A DNA stretch of 64,000 nucleotides from NCBI GenBank assembly GCA_964412775.1, contig CAYPPX010000003.1, forward strand, positions 3,021 through 67,020. The letters are read 5' to 3'. Shown here in pieces: positions 7,059 through 16,969 of the stretch (position 1 is its first letter; the number at the start of each line of letters is the position of its first letter). A program made the translations under genes and the position numbers. The stretch comes from an uncultured Pseudomonadales bacterium (lineage in GTDB: Bacteria; Patescibacteriota; Microgenomatia; UBA1400; PJMF01). The notes beneath the pieces are model-generated. The model was not told the origin of the DNA and did no database searches. It worked only from the letters and a program-made list of their open reading frames with translations.

Positions 7059-8141
7059 TTATTGATGAGGCAAAAGACCACTTTCAGTCAAGATGGTTTT
7101 GACTTGGTCACTGTTTTCGGTTTGGACAAGTTGAACCCTAATATCACTGGCATTAGGGAAGTTTTTGATATACCAAGTCAAGTGTTTACGCATCGGTAAA
7201 AACCGATAACGTTCATCATGTTGATATGTTTGTTCGTAAAGTAAACTGTGTTCTAAAGCTAGACTAGCTCGTTGTTCGATACTAATTTCTGGATCATCAG
7301 CTTGAAAAATCCATGGGTTACCAAAACTAGCCCGGCCAATCAACACGCCATCTAAACCCAAGTCTTTAATTTTTTCTTTAGCTTCTTGGTTACTATGAAC
7401 ATCACCATTACCCAAGAAAATTATCTCTGGATTCTGAGCTTTAACAATTTTGGCTGCTTTCGCAATTTCCTCCCAGCTAGCAAAACCAGTATAAGCTTGG
7501 CGTAAAGTTCTGCCGTGGAGGGCAATCGCAGCTGGTTCGACAGCTAATAAAGTTTTCATCCAATCTTTGGTGACTGGCTGGTCATAACCGACTCTAGTTT
7601 TGACACTAACAGGAATAGGGCGTTGGTGTTGTTGATAAATTGCTGGTAATTTTTGTTGGCGATCCTCAATAACTTGGCAAATTTCTGGGGTGAGATCAGG
7701 ACAATCTCTAACGGTTAAACCATTTTGCCATTCCTCTACTCCTTTTTTTGTTGCTCGCACTATTTTTTGAGCTAATTCTGGAGTTCTAATCAGACCAGCC
7801 CCGGCTCCACTTTGAGAAACACTTTTAGCTGGACAGCCCATATTGATATCCACTCCATCAAAGCCTAATTGACAAAGAGCAATGGTGGTTTGTCGGAAAA
7901 AATCTGGAGTAGTGCCATAAATTTGGGCGACAATGGGGCGTTGAGTTTCATCGTATAAAAAGTCGGTTAGTGGTTTTTCCACTCCTCGGCAAAAACCTTC
8001 AACAGTCGCAAACTCAGTGTAGAGTAAGTCAGGTTGGCCATATTTTTTGGTTAGATGACGAAAAGGATGATCTGTCACCCCGTCCATCGGTGATAAACCA
8101 ATAATTGGTTTAGCTAATTTGCTCCAAAATCCAGATTGCAT
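7059..8141 (-). CDS. dus: tRNA-dihydrouridine synthase
   Basis: GLSPMDGVTDHPFR, TEFATVEG, DINMGCPA, HGRT and LGNGD motifs of the Dus TIM-barrel flavoenzyme family. Confidence 0.8.
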   Translation of the reverse strand: MQSGFWSKLAKPIIGLSPMDGVTDHPFRHLTKKYGQPDLLYTEFATVEGFCRGVEKPLTDFLYDETQRPIVAQIYGTTPDFFRQTTIALCQLGFDGVDINMGCPAKSVSQSGAGAGLIRTPELAQKIVRATKKGVEEWQNGLTVRDCPDLTPEICQVIEDRQQKLPAIYQQHQRPIPVSVKTRVGYDQPVTKDWMKTLLAVEPAAIALHGRTLRQAYTGFASWEEIAKAAKIVKAQNPEIIFLGNGDVHSNQEAKEKIKDLGLDGVLIGRASFGNPWIFQADDPEISIEQRASLALEHSLLYEQTYQHDERYRFLPMRKHLTWYIKNFPNASDIRVQLVQTENSDQVKTILTESGLLPHQ

Positions 8142-8191
8142 ATCAGGTATTATACTTGAAAGGTTGAGTTATAATGGTGTCTATTAAATTT

Positions 8192-8263
8192 GCGGGTGTA
8201 GTACAGTGGTAGTATGTCTGCTTCCCAAGCAGAAGATCGCGAGTTCGAGCCTCGTCACCCGCT
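8192..8263 (+). tRNA. tRNA-Gly (anticodon CCC)
   Basis: Acceptor GCGGGTG/CACCCGC. Anticodon stem TCTGC/GCAGA with loop TTCCCAA gives CCC. T-arm AGTTCGAGCCT. Discriminator U. Confidence 0.85.
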
Positions 8264-8293
8264 CAGAGAAAAAGTTGGCTACTGCCAATTTTT

Positions 8294-8602
8294 TTAATTT
8301 TTATTTTCTTTTTTGATGGTTTTCCAGTGATATAAATAGACTGGGCCTCCGACAATAATCATGGCCAAGCTATTACTGAGTTGTCTTTTTCTCTGGTTGA
8401 GTTGCTCTTCTTCATACATTTTTTTGTTTTGTTCTCTCATTGCAGGCGAGTCTGTATCTGAATAGTAGTAGCCATAATCGTTAACCCTAAAAACATAGGT
8501 TTTTAGAGTCAAGTCCACCAATTGGATGCCACCAATAATTAAAATTAGTAATCCGACAAAAGAAAAAAGATATAGGTAAAGTAAGCGTAAATTAAATTTC
8601 AT
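8294..8602 (-). CDS. hypothetical small membrane protein (2 TM)
   Basis: 102 aa with N- and C-terminal hydrophobic helices flanking a polar, Tyr-rich loop. AT-rich region, no recognisable family. Confidence 0.4.
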   Translation of the reverse strand: MKFNLRLLYLYLFSFVGLLILIIGGIQLVDLTLKTYVFRVNDYGYYYSDTDSPAMREQNKKMYEEEQLNQRKRQLSNSLAMIIVGGPVYLYHWKTIKKENKN

Positions 8603-8775
8603 AAGATACCTTTCTGAGTTCAGTGTAGCACCTTAATAAGCAATCAATAAATATTCATTCATACTTGTTTAGTTAAATTAGTACTATTTGTTTCATTAAT
8701 TATTTATGGGTTAAACATGGAATTAGATGGTTATTGTTTCTTGTATGTTTTTAACTATTTTAAGTCTTATAGTAT

Positions 8776-9540
8776 TTGATTATTTATCTATCAAAATATA
8801 TAATTAATCATTTGTCAAAGATTTTTATGATAGAGAGAGTTAAAGTTAATTTAAATGGTCCAGAAACTGAGTCTGCAAAAGAAGAGCTTAGTTTTTTAGA
8901 TCATGTGGTGTTGAGACACAAACCTAGTTTACAAGGTAATCCTGAGGCAAAAGCCAAAATGGCAGAATTAATTGGGGTGTCTATTTTCAATATAGAACAG
9001 TCTGCAGATGTGGCTTGGGTGGGAGATAAAATAGTTGCTATATCAGATGCTCCAGTTGGTAAAGCTTACCTTGCCGATATGATGGTTCATACCCTCTATG
9101 TTAGTCATGAGCCAACTGAACTTGCTAGAAATATTCCTTTTATGTTGGCTTTACCAGAAGAAAATAGGGTCAAGCTACTCTCTAGAGGTAGTGGTTTAGT
9201 TGTTGCTTTTAGAAAAGTTGCTGCTGGATATGAACATGAAATTGTTTATTACGATACTGATTCATTACAGCTTCATGACTTAGCTGAAGTAGAGCAGATA
9301 ATTGAAGGTGTAGATTTTTTGTTATTTGCCACAGATGGTGGGATGGAGTTATTGAGAAATAAAGTTTTTTCTGGAGATCACAATATGATGGATATGGAGA
9401 ATTTTGCTGAGTTTCTGGGTGCTGAAGATGATCCACTTTTAGCTTTAACAGAAAAACTAAATGTTTTTGAGCAGACAGTTGTTGATGATCCAAGTCAAGA
9501 TATTTTTGATGATGCTACCCTAGTCTTAGTAAGACTTTAG
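8776..9540 (+). CDS. SpoIIE/PP2C-like phosphatase domain protein (putative; start probably M at 8827)
   Basis: GDKIVAISDAPVGKAYLA resembles the GD...ADvsGkGvpAA metal-binding block of SpoIIE/RsbU phosphatases. LLFATDGGMEL resembles lyTDGl-E. The terminal DDATLVLVRL resembles the PP2C C-terminal DDiTvvvvr. Confidence 0.45.
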   Translation: MIIYLSKYIINHLSKIFMIERVKVNLNGPETESAKEELSFLDHVVLRHKPSLQGNPEAKAKMAELIGVSIFNIEQSADVAWVGDKIVAISDAPVGKAYLADMMVHTLYVSHEPTELARNIPFMLALPEENRVKLLSRGSGLVVAFRKVAAGYEHEIVYYDTDSLQLHDLAEVEQIIEGVDFLLFATDGGMELLRNKVFSGDHNMMDMENFAEFLGAEDDPLLALTEKLNVFEQTVVDDPSQDIFDDATLVLVRL

Positions 9541-9866
9541 TCTATATCATTTTTTTTCATGGCAGCTAGTTTTATTTCAAGTTCAGCTAGACCTCTAATT
9601 GAAACGTAAGCCATTAATTCATAGAGTTCTTTCAGGGCATTGGCAGCTTCATCAGCCTGTTCTTCGATATAGTCAAATTGACTACCTTGAAGTATCAGGT
9701 AGAGTGAGTGACAACTCATCCAACCATTAGTTTCAATTTCAACAATTAACTTTCGGATATATTCAGCAGTTGATTGATTGTCTGTTTTTTCCAATTTAGA
9801 GATTAATGGTTCAGCTATTTTTTGAATATCGGTAACAACTTGTTTAATTTCCATGGTTTCTTTCAA
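9537..9866 (-). CDS. hypothetical protein
   Basis: 109-aa acidic helical protein. Convergent with the PP2C-like gene and overlapping it by 4 nt. No recognisable motif. Confidence 0.35.
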   Translation of the reverse strand: MKETMEIKQVVTDIQKIAEPLISKLEKTDNQSTAEYIRKLIVEIETNGWMSCHSLYLILQGSQFDYIEEQADEAANALKELYELMAYVSIRGLAELEIKLAAMKKNDID

Positions 9867-9974
9867 TCAAATTTTACTGACTAATTATATCAAATTTGAT
9901 TTATTTTGTTATAAATTGATTATTTTTTATTTAGATTTTTAAATATTTTTTATTTAAGGTAAAATAGACTAATA

Positions 9975-10478
9975 ATGAAATATAGTTTGTGGTTTGTGCC
10001 GACTAATCCAACTGCTACTGAACTTCAAAATGTTATCGATAAATTAGCAAGGCAACATCTTTCACCTAAATTTGAACCCCACTTAACTTTAGTCGGTAAT
10101 TTTGAAATAGAGCTTGAGAACCTGATCAAGGTCACTAAAGAATTAGCTAAAAATACTCAACCATTCAAAATAAAATTAGGTGAAGTCTCATTTAGCACCA
10201 CTTATTTTCAAGCAGTTTTTGTTAGGGCCAAAGCATCAGCAGAGTTAATGGCTTTAAATCTTCAGTTTAAAAAGGCTTTGCATTTACCTGAAGATGTTTT
10301 TATGCCACATCTGAGCTTGTGGTATGACGCTAATCTCGATATGGCAAAACGTTTTACAGTGGCTAATTCTATCAATTTAATTACTAAGGAATTTATTGCT
10401 GATAAAATTATTATTGTGCCATCTGTTCCTGATCCTAAAGACTGGAAACATCTAACTGAGATTCAGCTCGGTAGTTAA
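9975..10478 (+). CDS. 2H phosphoesterase superfamily protein (LigT/2'-5' RNA ligase or cyclic phosphodiesterase-like)
   Basis: Two H-x-T/S-x motifs (HLTLV near residue 36 and HLSLW near residue 122) at the spacing typical of 2H enzymes. Confidence 0.6.
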   Translation: MKYSLWFVPTNPTATELQNVIDKLARQHLSPKFEPHLTLVGNFEIELENLIKVTKELAKNTQPFKIKLGEVSFSTTYFQAVFVRAKASAELMALNLQFKKALHLPEDVFMPHLSLWYDANLDMAKRFTVANSINLITKEFIADKIIIVPSVPDPKDWKHLTEIQLGS

Positions 10479-10521
10479 CTAGTTTTTCAGTGAGTAAAGT
10501 TGTAAAATCCAAGCGACATAG

Positions 10522-10597
10522 GCCAGAATAGCTCAGTTGGTAGAGCGACGGTATCGTAAACCGTAGGTCAAGGGTTCGATCCCCTTTTCTGGCTCCA
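10522..10597 (+). tRNA. tRNA-Thr (anticodon CGT), CCA encoded
   Basis: Acceptor GCCAGAA/TTCTGGC. D-arm GCTCAGTTGGTAGAGC. Anticodon stem ACGGT/ACCGT with loop ATCGTAA gives CGT. T-arm GGTTCGATCCC. 3' TCCA. Confidence 0.85.
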
Positions 10598-10602
10598 GTT
10601 TT

Positions 10603-11226
10603 ATGAAGATAAAAACAATTATTTTTGACTTTGATGGGACAATTGCTGATACCTTGGAAGTAATTATTAAACTCTTTAATCAATTTAGCGAAGAATTTGC
10701 TTTACCTAAAATTGGCCTAACTGATAAAACAGAGCTGAGAAACCTGAGTGCCAAAGAATTAATGGCTGAGTATAAAATGCCAGCTTGGAAGTTTCTTAAA
10801 CTTAATCAAAAAATTTTAACTAACTTAAAAAAAGACATAACTAAACTTGAGCCAATTAATGGGATAAAAGAGTTACTGATTGAACTTAAAAAAAAGAATT
10901 TTCAGCTTGGAATTCTTAGCTCTAATCAGAAAGAAAACATTCAACTATTTTTAGATCAACATCAATTTGAAGTTGACTTTATTTATTCAGAAAAAAATTT
11001 ATTTGGTAAAGATAAAGTCCTAAAACATTTAGTTAAAAGACATAGGTTAAACAAAGATGAAGTTATTTATGTGGGTGATGAAGTTCGTGATGTTGAGGCC
11101 TCCCAAAAAGCTGGCATAAAAGTACTAGCTGTAACCTGGGGATTTAATTCAATAGAACGCCTTAAAAAAGCCAAGCCAGATTATATAATTACAGATCCAA
11201 AAGAAATTTTGGAGAAGGTAGAATAA
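10603..11226 (+). CDS. HAD-IA family hydrolase (phosphoglycolate phosphatase-like)
   Basis: Motif I IIFDFDGTIADT, motif II LSSN, motif IV GDEVRDVEA. Confidence 0.7.
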   Translation: MKIKTIIFDFDGTIADTLEVIIKLFNQFSEEFALPKIGLTDKTELRNLSAKELMAEYKMPAWKFLKLNQKILTNLKKDITKLEPINGIKELLIELKKKNFQLGILSSNQKENIQLFLDQHQFEVDFIYSEKNLFGKDKVLKHLVKRHRLNKDEVIYVGDEVRDVEASQKAGIKVLAVTWGFNSIERLKKAKPDYIITDPKEILEKVE

Positions 11227-11233
11227 AAATTTT

Positions 11234-11644
11234 ATGGAAAGACTAAAAAAATTACTAGGGATTATTCCGCAATCAATTGATTTTGTTGAAAAGCCAAAAG
11301 TTGATATTGCTGAACTAGAAGCTAGAAAAAAAGTGGTTAAACAAGCTTTGATTGATGCTGTTGAGAAACTTGATGTTGATGCTTTGGTTGAGGCAATTCA
11401 GGAAGTTAATGAACTCTTTACGCCTGTAGGCAGGGATATGGGAGCAAGCTTAGAACAATTAAAGCATGATGTAAATGATTTTATTAGTAGTTTAAAAGTT
11501 GGAAGTGGTAGAGATTCAAAAATTTTTTATCTTAATGATGGTGGAATTAGTCGACTACAAATTGATACTTTAACTGGTAAAGTTAGGCTAGAGTTAACAG
11601 ATAGTTCAGATGCAGATCTAAAAGCTGACTGGAGTAAATATTAG
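11234..11644 (+). CDS. hypothetical protein
   Basis: 136-aa soluble acidic protein, co-directional with the HAD hydrolase. No motif recognised. Confidence 0.35.
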   Translation: MERLKKLLGIIPQSIDFVEKPKVDIAELEARKKVVKQALIDAVEKLDVDALVEAIQEVNELFTPVGRDMGASLEQLKHDVNDFISSLKVGSGRDSKIFYLNDGGISRLQIDTLTGKVRLELTDSSDADLKADWSKY

Positions 11645-11663
11645 ATTTGGATATAATGAACCT

Positions 11664-12380
11664 ATGCAAAGTGCTACATCATCACGTCTAACCAGGAATC
11701 AAGGTAAGAAAATTGCTCGCCAGTCACTCGGAATGATTATTTTTGCAATTGTGGCGGTGTTGGTTTTCATTTTTATTTTAATGCCCAAGCTAATCGGCTT
11801 ATTTTTCAACTTTATTGGCACTGGTGACTTGAGTTTTAAAGAAGAAGATACTGTACCTCCACAAATTCCAGTAGTTTTACCTTTACCAGAATCGACTAAA
11901 GAAGATCAATTATTGGTTGAGGGTTATGCTGAAGCCAAGACCAAAGTGATTATTTTGAATAATAGCGAAAAAGTTGGTGAGGTGACTGTAGATGATGAAG
12001 GTGCTTTTGAGTACGAGCTGATTCTAGTTAATGGTGACAACTCCTTAAGTTTTTATGGGATTGATGAGGCTGAAAATGAATCAACTGTGACTACACCATT
12101 TACGATTGTTCAAGATAAAGAAGCCCCAACCCTAGAACTGGAAAATTTGACTAATGGTCAAGAAATTTTATCTAAGAGTAACCAAAATTATGTAATTAAA
12201 GGTAAAACTGAGCCGAGAGCTAAGCTTTCAGTTAATGAGCGGTCAATTTATGTCAATGCTGATGGTGGCTTTCAAGCTAACTACTTTTTAGCTGAAGGTG
12301 ATAATGAGCTTAAATTTGTGATGGAAGACCGAGCTGGTAATAAAGCCGAACAGATCATTACTGTCAAGTTTAGGTATTAG
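11664..12380 (+). CDS. membrane-anchored extracytoplasmic protein with beta-rich (Ig-like) region, hypothetical
   Basis: N-terminal basic stretch followed by a single TM helix (IIFAIVAVLVFIFILMP). Pro-rich linker, then a beta-strand-rich domain. Confidence 0.4.
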   Translation: MQSATSSRLTRNQGKKIARQSLGMIIFAIVAVLVFIFILMPKLIGLFFNFIGTGDLSFKEEDTVPPQIPVVLPLPESTKEDQLLVEGYAEAKTKVIILNNSEKVGEVTVDDEGAFEYELILVNGDNSLSFYGIDEAENESTVTTPFTIVQDKEAPTLELENLTNGQEILSKSNQNYVIKGKTEPRAKLSVNERSIYVNADGGFQANYFLAEGDNELKFVMEDRAGNKAEQIITVKFRY

Positions 12381-13512
12381 TTTTCTTACTACCAAATAAA
12401 TTCAGAAAAACAAAGGGTTGAAGCAGGGTGTTGTTGAATAAACTATGCACTAGCACTGTCACAACTAACCAAGTCCAGATTTTATCTTGGTGATAGGTAA
12501 TTTTCAGCCATTTTTTGGCCAAAATTATTGTGCTTATAAGTCCAATTATTCCAGTACTATTTATAACCAAGACAATTAAGTTATCAGGAAGTTGGGCGTG
12601 ATTATTAGTGTAACTTGCCTTTTGAGCATCATTATTGAAAAGTCCTCTACCCCACAGCCACTGAGTTTTTTCTAAGGTAATTAAGTTTTCTTGGATATTT
12701 TCTGAACGAGCTTCAATCGTACTGGTTCTAGTAAGATTAACGCCTTCTCCACCTGGTTTTGGTAAAATTAAAACGGTAAGTAAAAATAAACCAGCTAGTA
12801 AGCTCCATTTAAGTTTTTGATTAGTGGTAAGCCATTGGTGAGTAATTAGTAAAAATAGAGCTAAATAACTAGCTCTAGAAAAAGTCGCAGCTACAGCAAT
12901 TGTTAGTAAAATCTGTAACCAAGTAATCAGTTTTGGTTTTCTAATTCTTTGCCACAAGCCAATAGTTAGAACTAAGATTATCCCAGTAAAAGCTGGATCA
13001 AAAATGGTACTAATGAGTCGATAGTAGTGGTTATCCCAGCCAAAAATATTAAGAAATTTAACATCAGGTATTAACCAGTATTGAAGTAAACCCCAGAATC
13101 CAATTAGGGTGCCACTAAATAAAAAGCCATAAAATGGTGGATATTTTAGTTGAATTTTTTGCAGAGCAAAAACAAATAAACTATAGTCTATTAATCTGGC
13201 TAAATATAAAAAGCTCTTCAGGTCAATTCTGCCGGTAAATAGGCCAATGGTCATGCCGAAGAGGATCCATATTAACAAAAAAACTTCTAGTTTGAATTTT
13301 TTTAAAAAACTTAATATTTTTTCTTTATTTAATAATATTTTTTGTTGCCAAATAAAGCCTAAAACGAAGCTAGTCAAAAGAATTTCATGAATATAAAAAG
13401 CGTAGTTACCAGCTAGCTGAATTCTTTGAAGTTGACCAAGTGGCAAAACCAAACAAAAAATAGTAAAAACTAAAGTAAAAAAATCACCAGTCAATTGGTT
13501 AACGATTTTCAT
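12370..13512 (-). CDS. O-antigen ligase/polymerase-like (Wzy_C) membrane protein
   Basis: About 10 TM helices. Central periplasmic loop motif TFSRASYLALFLL resembles the Wzy_C signature. It sits beside a GT2 and a flippase. Confidence 0.45.
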   Translation of the reverse strand: MKIVNQLTGDFFTLVFTIFCLVLPLGQLQRIQLAGNYAFYIHEILLTSFVLGFIWQQKILLNKEKILSFLKKFKLEVFLLIWILFGMTIGLFTGRIDLKSFLYLARLIDYSLFVFALQKIQLKYPPFYGFLFSGTLIGFWGLLQYWLIPDVKFLNIFGWDNHYYRLISTIFDPAFTGIILVLTIGLWQRIRKPKLITWLQILLTIAVAATFSRASYLALFLLITHQWLTTNQKLKWSLLAGLFLLTVLILPKPGGEGVNLTRTSTIEARSENIQENLITLEKTQWLWGRGLFNNDAQKASYTNNHAQLPDNLIVLVINSTGIIGLISTIILAKKWLKITYHQDKIWTWLVVTVLVHSLFNNTLLQPFVFLNLFGSKKTNT

Positions 13513-14275
13513 AAGAAAAGACTCTGACCATTAGTGAATGTAAACTCATGATAGTGGCATAAACTAGCCCTCGCCAGCCATCTAGAAAGCCAAGTTTCAA
13601 AATATAGTTGTTAAAAAACTTTGCTTTTGGGTAAGCAATGGTTTTAAGGCCCAGGATTAGTGGTTTTAGCAGATCATCATTTTGGTATTCAGCTTCCAGG
13701 GCTGAGTAATGAGTAATATCAGTAATAAACTCACTGATATTGGTATGTGAATAGTGGTTTAAAAATATTTGAGAATCTTGAGTGTTACCAGTCACAATAG
13801 CTTTTTCATGAACTGGTCTTAAGTATTTAGCTTTATCTTTTCTAATTAACCTCAAAAACTTACTATCACCAGTCTCACCAAATTTTAAAGTTTGACCATA
13901 AAAAATATCAATTCTCTTAACAAAAAAACCATCAATATCTGGATTATTAATTGCTTGAGCAATTTCTGTCCAGCTAGATTCTACAATCTCTTCATCGCTG
14001 TCTAAAAATAACACCCAATCATGTTTGGCTTTAGCCAAAGCCAAGTTCCTTTCACTAGCAAAGTTTTCAATAATCTTGGTTCTTTTAACTAAATTAAATT
14101 GGTATTTTTTGGCTAAAGTTGGCCAATTATTTTGACTTTGATAATCAGCAACTAACACTTCTTCAGCCATTTGGGCGGAACTAAGCGCCTTGAGAAAACG
14201 TTGATCGTTTCTATGGGTCAAAATAATTACACTTATTGGTAGTTTATTTTTCATTTTGTTTATTAAAGATGCCAA
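13499..14275 (-). CDS. family 2 glycosyltransferase
   Basis: ISVIILTHRND N-terminal GT-A beta-strand and the DxD-type motif LFLDSDEEI. Confidence 0.7.
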   Translation of the reverse strand: MASLINKMKNKLPISVIILTHRNDQRFLKALSSAQMAEEVLVADYQSQNNWPTLAKKYQFNLVKRTKIIENFASERNLALAKAKHDWVLFLDSDEEIVESSWTEIAQAINNPDIDGFFVKRIDIFYGQTLKFGETGDSKFLRLIRKDKAKYLRPVHEKAIVTGNTQDSQIFLNHYSHTNISEFITDITHYSALEAEYQNDDLLKPLILGLKTIAYPKAKFFNNYILKLGFLDGWRGLVYATIMSLHSLMVRVFSYENR

Positions 14276-15467
14276 TCAAAACTAGTGGTAAAGTTAGTAA
14301 TCTAGAAACTAAGATACCATAAACTGCTCCCAAGAGTTGATGGGTTTGGCCCCACCAAATAATTAGGCCAATCATCAAGATTAGCGAGGAAAATAAGTGA
14401 GTATTCAAGATTTTATACTGTTTTCTAGCTAGAAATAACGCATAACTTTGGTTGCTAATACTTTGAATAATTCCAGCAAAAACTAATGGTCTAACTAAAG
14501 GAATTACTGCCAACCATTGTGATCCCAAGACTAGTTCGACAAAGAATCTTGGAAAGATAATTAAAGGTAGTGAAGCCAAACTAATTAAGGCTATTAGAGC
14601 CAACAATGAACGATAGAAAGCTCTACTTAATCTAAGTGGTGAGTCGTTGAGTTGAGTGAAAGCTGGTAAGGTACTGTGGTGGACTGATTTGGATAAGTCG
14701 TAGTTGGCCTTATGGCTTAAAACATAGGCATTGTGATAAATACCCAAATGATTAGTACCAAAAATTTTACCCAAAATAAAATCATCAACATTTTCATTCA
14801 GGTAGTTAAAAACTGTAGATAAACTAAGCCATTTAGCATTTTCTAAAATGGTTTTGCCTTTGGAGGGTAGATAATTAAATTTGGGTTTAAAACTAAAAAA
14901 GATAAAAGAAATAATAACTTCATAAATGGCTCCGATAATTAGAGCAAAAACTAGTGACCAAACAGAGTGAGTCATAAATCCCAAAATCACGGCGGCCAAA
15001 CTCTCAACTAGAACCAAAGAAAATCGATATAAACTATCTTGAAAGAATCTCATTTCTTTATGCATAACTACAATATATGGATTAATAAAGCCTTTAATGA
15101 TCGGGATTAAAGCTGCGACTGCGATGAGCATTAGTAATTGAGGTTCTTGATAAAAACCTTGCATAAATAAGCCCATGAGCAGCATGATGATACCAATCAT
15201 AAAACCTCTAATAATTGCGATTACCCAAGCAGTATCAATAAAACTTTTAACTGGTTGTTTTGATTGCAAAATGGTCACGTTGATGCCGGTTTGGGTTAAA
15301 CTTTCGGTGATACCTAAAGTGATAGCAGTTAAAGAAAATAAGCCAAAGGCTTGAGGGTCAAGCAGTCTGGCTAAGAAATACATTTTCACCATAGCTACTC
15401 CGACTAACAATCCTTTATAAATTGTTTGCCAACTAAAGCCAGCCAGAGTTTTTCTGGTGTAATCCAT
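14244..15467 (-). CDS. oligosaccharide flippase (Wzx/polysaccharide biosynthesis protein family)
   Basis: 407 aa with about 12 TM helices. The N-terminus (KGLLVGVAMVKMYFLARLLDPQAFGLFSL) is typical of the Wzx/PST family. Confidence 0.6.
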   Translation of the reverse strand: MDYTRKTLAGFSWQTIYKGLLVGVAMVKMYFLARLLDPQAFGLFSLTAITLGITESLTQTGINVTILQSKQPVKSFIDTAWVIAIIRGFMIGIIMLLMGLFMQGFYQEPQLLMLIAVAALIPIIKGFINPYIVVMHKEMRFFQDSLYRFSLVLVESLAAVILGFMTHSVWSLVFALIIGAIYEVIISFIFFSFKPKFNYLPSKGKTILENAKWLSLSTVFNYLNENVDDFILGKIFGTNHLGIYHNAYVLSHKANYDLSKSVHHSTLPAFTQLNDSPLRLSRAFYRSLLALIALISLASLPLIIFPRFFVELVLGSQWLAVIPLVRPLVFAGIIQSISNQSYALFLARKQYKILNTHLFSSLILMIGLIIWWGQTHQLLGAVYGILVSRLLTLPLVLIGIFNKQNEK

Positions 15468-15531
15468 AGCGGTAATTATAGGGTAAATTGAGTGAGGCTG
15501 ATAGTAGCTCTAGTTTCTAAAAAGTGGCATA

Positions 15532-16134
15532 ATGACTCAACTTATGAATAAAATTACTACTAAAGTTGGGTCTTTTTTTACTGACCTGATGGAAACCATT
15601 GTTATTTCCGCCTCAATCTTTTTAATTATTTATCTATTTTTTGTGCAACCACACCAAGTTAACGGTCAGTCGATGGTGCCTACCTTTCAAAGTGGTGAAT
15701 ATGTTTTAACTGACAAAATTAGTTACAAAATGGGTGATCCAAAGCGAGGTGAAGTAATTGTCTTTCACGCTCCAGAAGCAGCTCATTGTTCTGAAGGTAC
15801 TGGCTGTGATTTTATCAAGAGAATTTTAGCTGTTCCTGGTGATACAGTAGAGGTAAAAAATAATGCTATTTATATCAATGGTGAGCAATTACCAGAGCCA
15901 TACATTCCTAGTGATTACAAAGTTTTACCTGGAACTTTTACCAAAAATGGTCCGGTAGTGATGGGTCCAGATGATTATTTTGCTTCTGGTGATAATAGAC
16001 CGTATTCTAGTGATTCCAGAACTTGGGGGCCTATTTCAAAAAGTGATATTGTAGGCAAAGCCTTTTTCCGTTATTGGCCACCAGCCGTAATGGGTGTTAT
16101 TAAGCCAGCTACTTATCCATCTCAATTTAATTAA
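15532..16134 (+). CDS. lepB: signal peptidase I
   Basis: S26 boxes: GQSMVPTF (catalytic Ser), KRILAVPGD (catalytic Lys), GDNRPYSSDSRTWGP. Confidence 0.8.
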   Translation: MTQLMNKITTKVGSFFTDLMETIVISASIFLIIYLFFVQPHQVNGQSMVPTFQSGEYVLTDKISYKMGDPKRGEVIVFHAPEAAHCSEGTGCDFIKRILAVPGDTVEVKNNAIYINGEQLPEPYIPSDYKVLPGTFTKNGPVVMGPDDYFASGDNRPYSSDSRTWGPISKSDIVGKAFFRYWPPAVMGVIKPATYPSQFN

Positions 16135-16210
16135 ATGTTGAAATTTATTATTTTGGTTATTTTTGTCAAAGTTTTGAAACTCTTAGTGCTTGGTCTGTTA
16201 ATCAAGTGGT

Positions 16211-16969
16211 TTAGCTCCTGGCTGAAGCAGCTGAAAATTTCTCGCCAAAAGAAAAAGTCTCAGGATCAAAAACCTGAATAGCATCTGTGACTGAATATTG
16301 ATCAATTTTGGTTCTTCTAAGCTCAGTGACGGTGGCCCCAACTCTTAGTTTTTGACCAAGATCATGAATTAGCGATCTAATATAAGTTCCAGAGCTGACA
16401 GTTGTTTCTATCGAAAAATAGACTTTTTTGGTCATAACATCTTTTTTAAGTTGGGTTAAAACCAAATCAAAAATTTCTACTTCTCTGGTCGGTAAGTCTT
16501 CTAGCTTGAGTGTTTTTTTGATGGCTTTGTCGTAAAGTTTCTGGCCAGAAATTTTGACGGCAGAAAAAGCTGGAACAGTTTGGGTAATTTTGCCTTTGAA
16601 GTCTTTTAAGGCAGTTAACATCTGGGATGAATCAATATATTTAAGTTGTTCCCACTCTACTTTATTAGTTATTTGGCCGGTAATATCATAGGTATCAGTG
16701 GTAATTCCTAGCTGGGCTGTGCAAGTATAGGTTTTGGGTTTTTTCAAAAATGAATCTTGGAGTTTGGTATATGCTTTACCAACCAGAACAATCAATAAGC
16801 CAGAGGCTAATGGATCTAGTGTCCCAGAATGACCCACTCGTTTAATTCCAGTAATATTTCTGACTCGGTTGACCACACCATGGCTGCTGATGCCGCTAGG
16901 TTTATCAATTAGAAAGATCCCTTCTGTATCTTTAGCAAGTAGTTTCGATTGAGACTTTGACTGTGTCAT
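16211..16969 (-). CDS. truB: tRNA pseudouridine(55) synthase
   Basis: GIFLIDKPSGISSH and VGHSGTLDPLASGLL (catalytic Asp). Confidence 0.85.
   Translation of the reverse strand: MTQSKSQSKLLAKDTEGIFLIDKPSGISSHGVVNRVRNITGIKRVGHSGTLDPLASGLLIVLVGKAYTKLQDSFLKKPKTYTCTAQLGITTDTYDITGQITNKVEWEQLKYIDSSQMLTALKDFKGKITQTVPAFSAVKISGQKLYDKAIKKTLKLEDLPTREVEIFDLVLTQLKKDVMTKKVYFSIETTVSSGTYIRSLIHDLGQKLRVGATVTELRRTKIDQYSVTDAIQVFDPETFSFGEKFSAASARS

Noticed and set aside
10435-10683. 82-aa minus-strand ORF
   Set aside because: It overlaps tRNA-Thr and the 5' end of the HAD hydrolase gene on the other strand. It has no RBS and is spurious.
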